From positions 1-32,139 of the forward strand of contig NW_021832355.1 in assembly GCF_006345805.1 (NCBI RefSeq): a stretch of 32,139 bases of DNA. Reading direction: 5' to 3'. Below the pieces are notes generated by a model. It saw nothing but the letters and a program-made list of their open reading frames with translations, had not been told where the DNA came from and did no database searches. A program made the translations under genes and the position numbers. Origin of the DNA: Octopus sinensis (Eukaryota). Positions 29,531-32,139 of this stretch are shown piece by piece. The first letter of the stretch is position 1; every line of letters begins with the position of its first letter.

Positions 29531-31091
29531 CACATGCACACCATAGATAGATAAAAAGACAGACAAATAGATAGGAAGATAGATAGAGAGAGGGGATGCA
29601 TGCATACATAGAGTGAGTGAGGGAGGGAGAGAGAGAGAGGCTGAGACAGATATCCAGTCTCCCCTTTCTTCTCTCCAAAAACCAAATTTAAATCAGGTTT
29701 CCTATTAAAGTATCTTTACTTGTTCCCTTTGATTTACCATTTATTCAAGTCGCTGCTTAGTTTCTTAAGGTTGTGTTGCTGGTTTTCTTATATACACTTT
29801 GCAAATTTTTTTTTATGTTTGTGTTTGTTTTTGTTTCTCCATTATTTTTCAATTTTATTTCAATGTTTGTAATCTTTATTGCTGAGGGGTTTAACCCTCA
29901 TCAAATCGACAAGCACATTTAAGAGTTTTAAAGGAGATTGAAGAACGTTAAATGGGGGAAGGAAAAAATTTGATAAACACATAAATATAAAATTTGAGAA
30001 AATTAGAAAAAAAAAATTCTTTTAGTTGTTATTTTTGTTGCTTGTAAAATAAAATAAAATGGTCTAAAAGTCCCTACAAAATGATAGAATGAAAGAAAAT
30101 AAATGGATATCATTAAAAGAAGCATAACTGTAAAACAGAAAATAATAAAAAAAATTATTTAAAAAAAATAAACTCGAAGCAAGGCTATCAAATTGTCTTA
30201 TAAAGACAAGCGCCCGGCATGTTAACAGCGGTGGATTGCTTTTGATATGTAAGAGATTTAAAGACAGACGACATAGGGGAAAAAGTATGAATGAATCTGA
30301 GAGAAGAGCGGTAGAGTGGCTCAGCAGCGAAATGGGAGAAAGAAGTGAGTGAGTGAGTGAGTGAGTGAAGAAGGTGCAAAGGATAGAGCAAAGTGAACGA
30401 CGTGGGTGATAGAAGGAGGTAAAGAGGAGAAGTTGTAGGGTTAAAGAGGGTGTTAAATGAAATAAAGTGAAAGTAGGAGGTGCTGGAGTGAGCTTGGGGT
30501 GTATGAGGCGGAAAGTGGAATTTGAAAAAAGCAGACGATAAGTTTGGGAAGAAAACATGGAGAGATAGAGGGGGGAAATGGTGGAATGAGTGAGAAATGA
30601 TTGAAAAGAGGAGCTGATAACTGGAGTGAAATGGAGTGGAGAGCGAATTAAGAGAATGTTTGTGAATGTATGTTGTACATTTTGTGTGTGTGAGTGGTTA
30701 GATGTGTAGAAGGGGGACAGTAGGAAACAAACTGAAAAAGAGAGATAGAAAGAGATGGAGAGAGGGAGAAAGAGTGGATAAGAAGATAACAGAAAGTACG
30801 CAAGATGAAGGGAAAGTGAAGTGGGGAGACTAAACAAAAGGTTCGTTGCTAAGAATGTTATTTAAATGTGTATACATGAGCGTGGACATTTATGTGTGCA
30901 TATAGATCTTGACGTTTTATATATATTTTTTTTTAATCTGCACGTATGTTAATTCGTGTATACATAAGCTTTGAAAGAATTATAACATCGAAAGATTGAA
31001 GATGGGGACGGAGAGTTATAGGGGAAAGGGAGAAAGTGAAAACGATGAGAGAGAGTAGTGGAAAGACACCCACATAAATCTGCATAATGGA

Positions 31092-31160
<69 letters not shown>

Positions 31161-31901
31161 ATTTATATGCATATGTAAATGGCCGTTTTATTATTTGTGT
31201 TGTATGTCTGTATCCGTGCATATACTTATATATACGTCAACGCACAATATTTACGCATAAGATTGTTGCTTCTTTCGTATTCTGATGTCGTCTGCCCGTG
31301 AAAAATATTTCTGTGTGACGAACTTACATCATTCAAATGATATTCATATCATAACCATTTCTTTGTTTTTTCTTTTTTCTTTTTTTCTTTTTTGTTCTGA
31401 TGTATATTCATGATTATCTGAAAATTCAATTTTAAAGATGATAAGGTAGAATTTGAAGAAGATTTGGCAGCAATTGTGGAAACCGAGAGAGCGCATAGAG
31501 GGTTCCATTATAGAGTAACAGCAACGATCGATTTCTAAACATGTTCACCTTGTCCGACTCTGCAGTGGGTTATCATTACAGTCGTGTACGTACAGAAAAA
31601 GAAAGAACAACAAAGAGCACGCAACATGTCTAGGCTGTTACACTGCTTCACTTCAAACAATTTATTACTGCAGGTCGGAGTATGCAATATGATATCCAAA
31701 CCAAATAGGGATACGTTGCAACTCCATAAAAGTAAGCAGTGAGAACGCGGATGACGCCTAGTCAGTCGTTGGGTCAAGTACTTGCTGTATAAGAAAATTC
31801 ATTCAGAGATTACCTGCGGGTTAAACATTATCATCACCATCCTCGTCAAAATATCGAAGCCATTATTATCATCAGCAACAGCAACAATTTATGTGTGCTT
31901 T

Positions 31902-31934
<33 letters not shown>

Positions 31935-31939
<5 letters not shown>

Positions 31940-32139
31940 TAATCCAAACAAGAAAACACAGAAAAAAAGAGAAAAAAACACAGCAACGCGAGGACGTGGA
32001 ACAATTAAGTATTATTGACGCTCAGAAAGAAGGGAAGGAGGGTTTAACGTTTCGAGCGGAGCTCTTCGTCGGAAACAAGGAGAAGGAAAGATCCAAGAAG
32101 GGAAGACAGAGGAAAAAATATTTTTGCTGGTGGTGCTCA
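31935..32139 (-). mobile_element. Probable PLE-type 3' terminal segment (extends beyond window)
   Basis: Reverse complement GAAGAGC..GCTCGAAACGTTAAA...CTGAGCGTCAATAATAC..AATTGTT parallels 16661-16732; it ends against (TA)n at 31904-31934. Confidence 0.65.
32042..32076 (-). ncRNA. Minimal hammerhead motif (variant core)
   Basis: Reverse complement GTTT|CCGACGA|A|GAGC-TCC-GCTC|GAAAC|GTT|AAAC: stem I GUUU/AAAC, stem II GAGC/GCUC; core CCGACGA instead of CUGANGA. Confidence 0.6.

Noticed and set aside
28142-29685. Many IYIY/HTHT/CVCV ORFs
   Set aside because: Translations of dinucleotide repeats.
30064-30837. 257-aa minus-strand ORF rich in Leu/Ser/Phe/His
   Set aside because: It arises from a purine-rich (GA/GTGA) plus strand, whose complement is depleted of stop codons; no domain motif.

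Overview
This is an AT-rich, microsatellite-dense eukaryotic window with no confidently identifiable host gene. The SINE and microsatellite content recalls cephalopod (Octopus) DNA; that taxon call comes from pattern recognition, not a database search. Almost all recognisable sequence is nested retroelement debris. It includes a young, 5'-truncated R4/Dong-clade element sitting in an (ATT)n/(TAA)n array, an ancient fossil of the same clade, and a Neptune-type Penelope-like element (PLE; RT plus GIY-YIG). It also holds a second, heavily decayed PLE visible only by frame-hopping translation, a third PLE-type terminus at the window end, an RTE LINE with a target-site duplication (TSD), CR1-like and CRE-like 3' fragments, about 30 copies or fragments of at least four tRNA-derived SINE families (working names A-D), and two MITE-like foldbacks. 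The most notable signals are: (1) four minimal hammerhead-ribozyme motifs, two of them in a roughly 370-bp head-to-head palindromic, non-coding unit bounded by its own 13-bp TSD; (2) SINE-B multimers joined at a GGTATT microhomology; (3) short stutter and foldback duplications at insertion junctions; and (4) a 1.2-kb tandem duplication whose middle SINE is a crossover chimera. Most entries in the supplied ORF track are microsatellite or SINE read-through.
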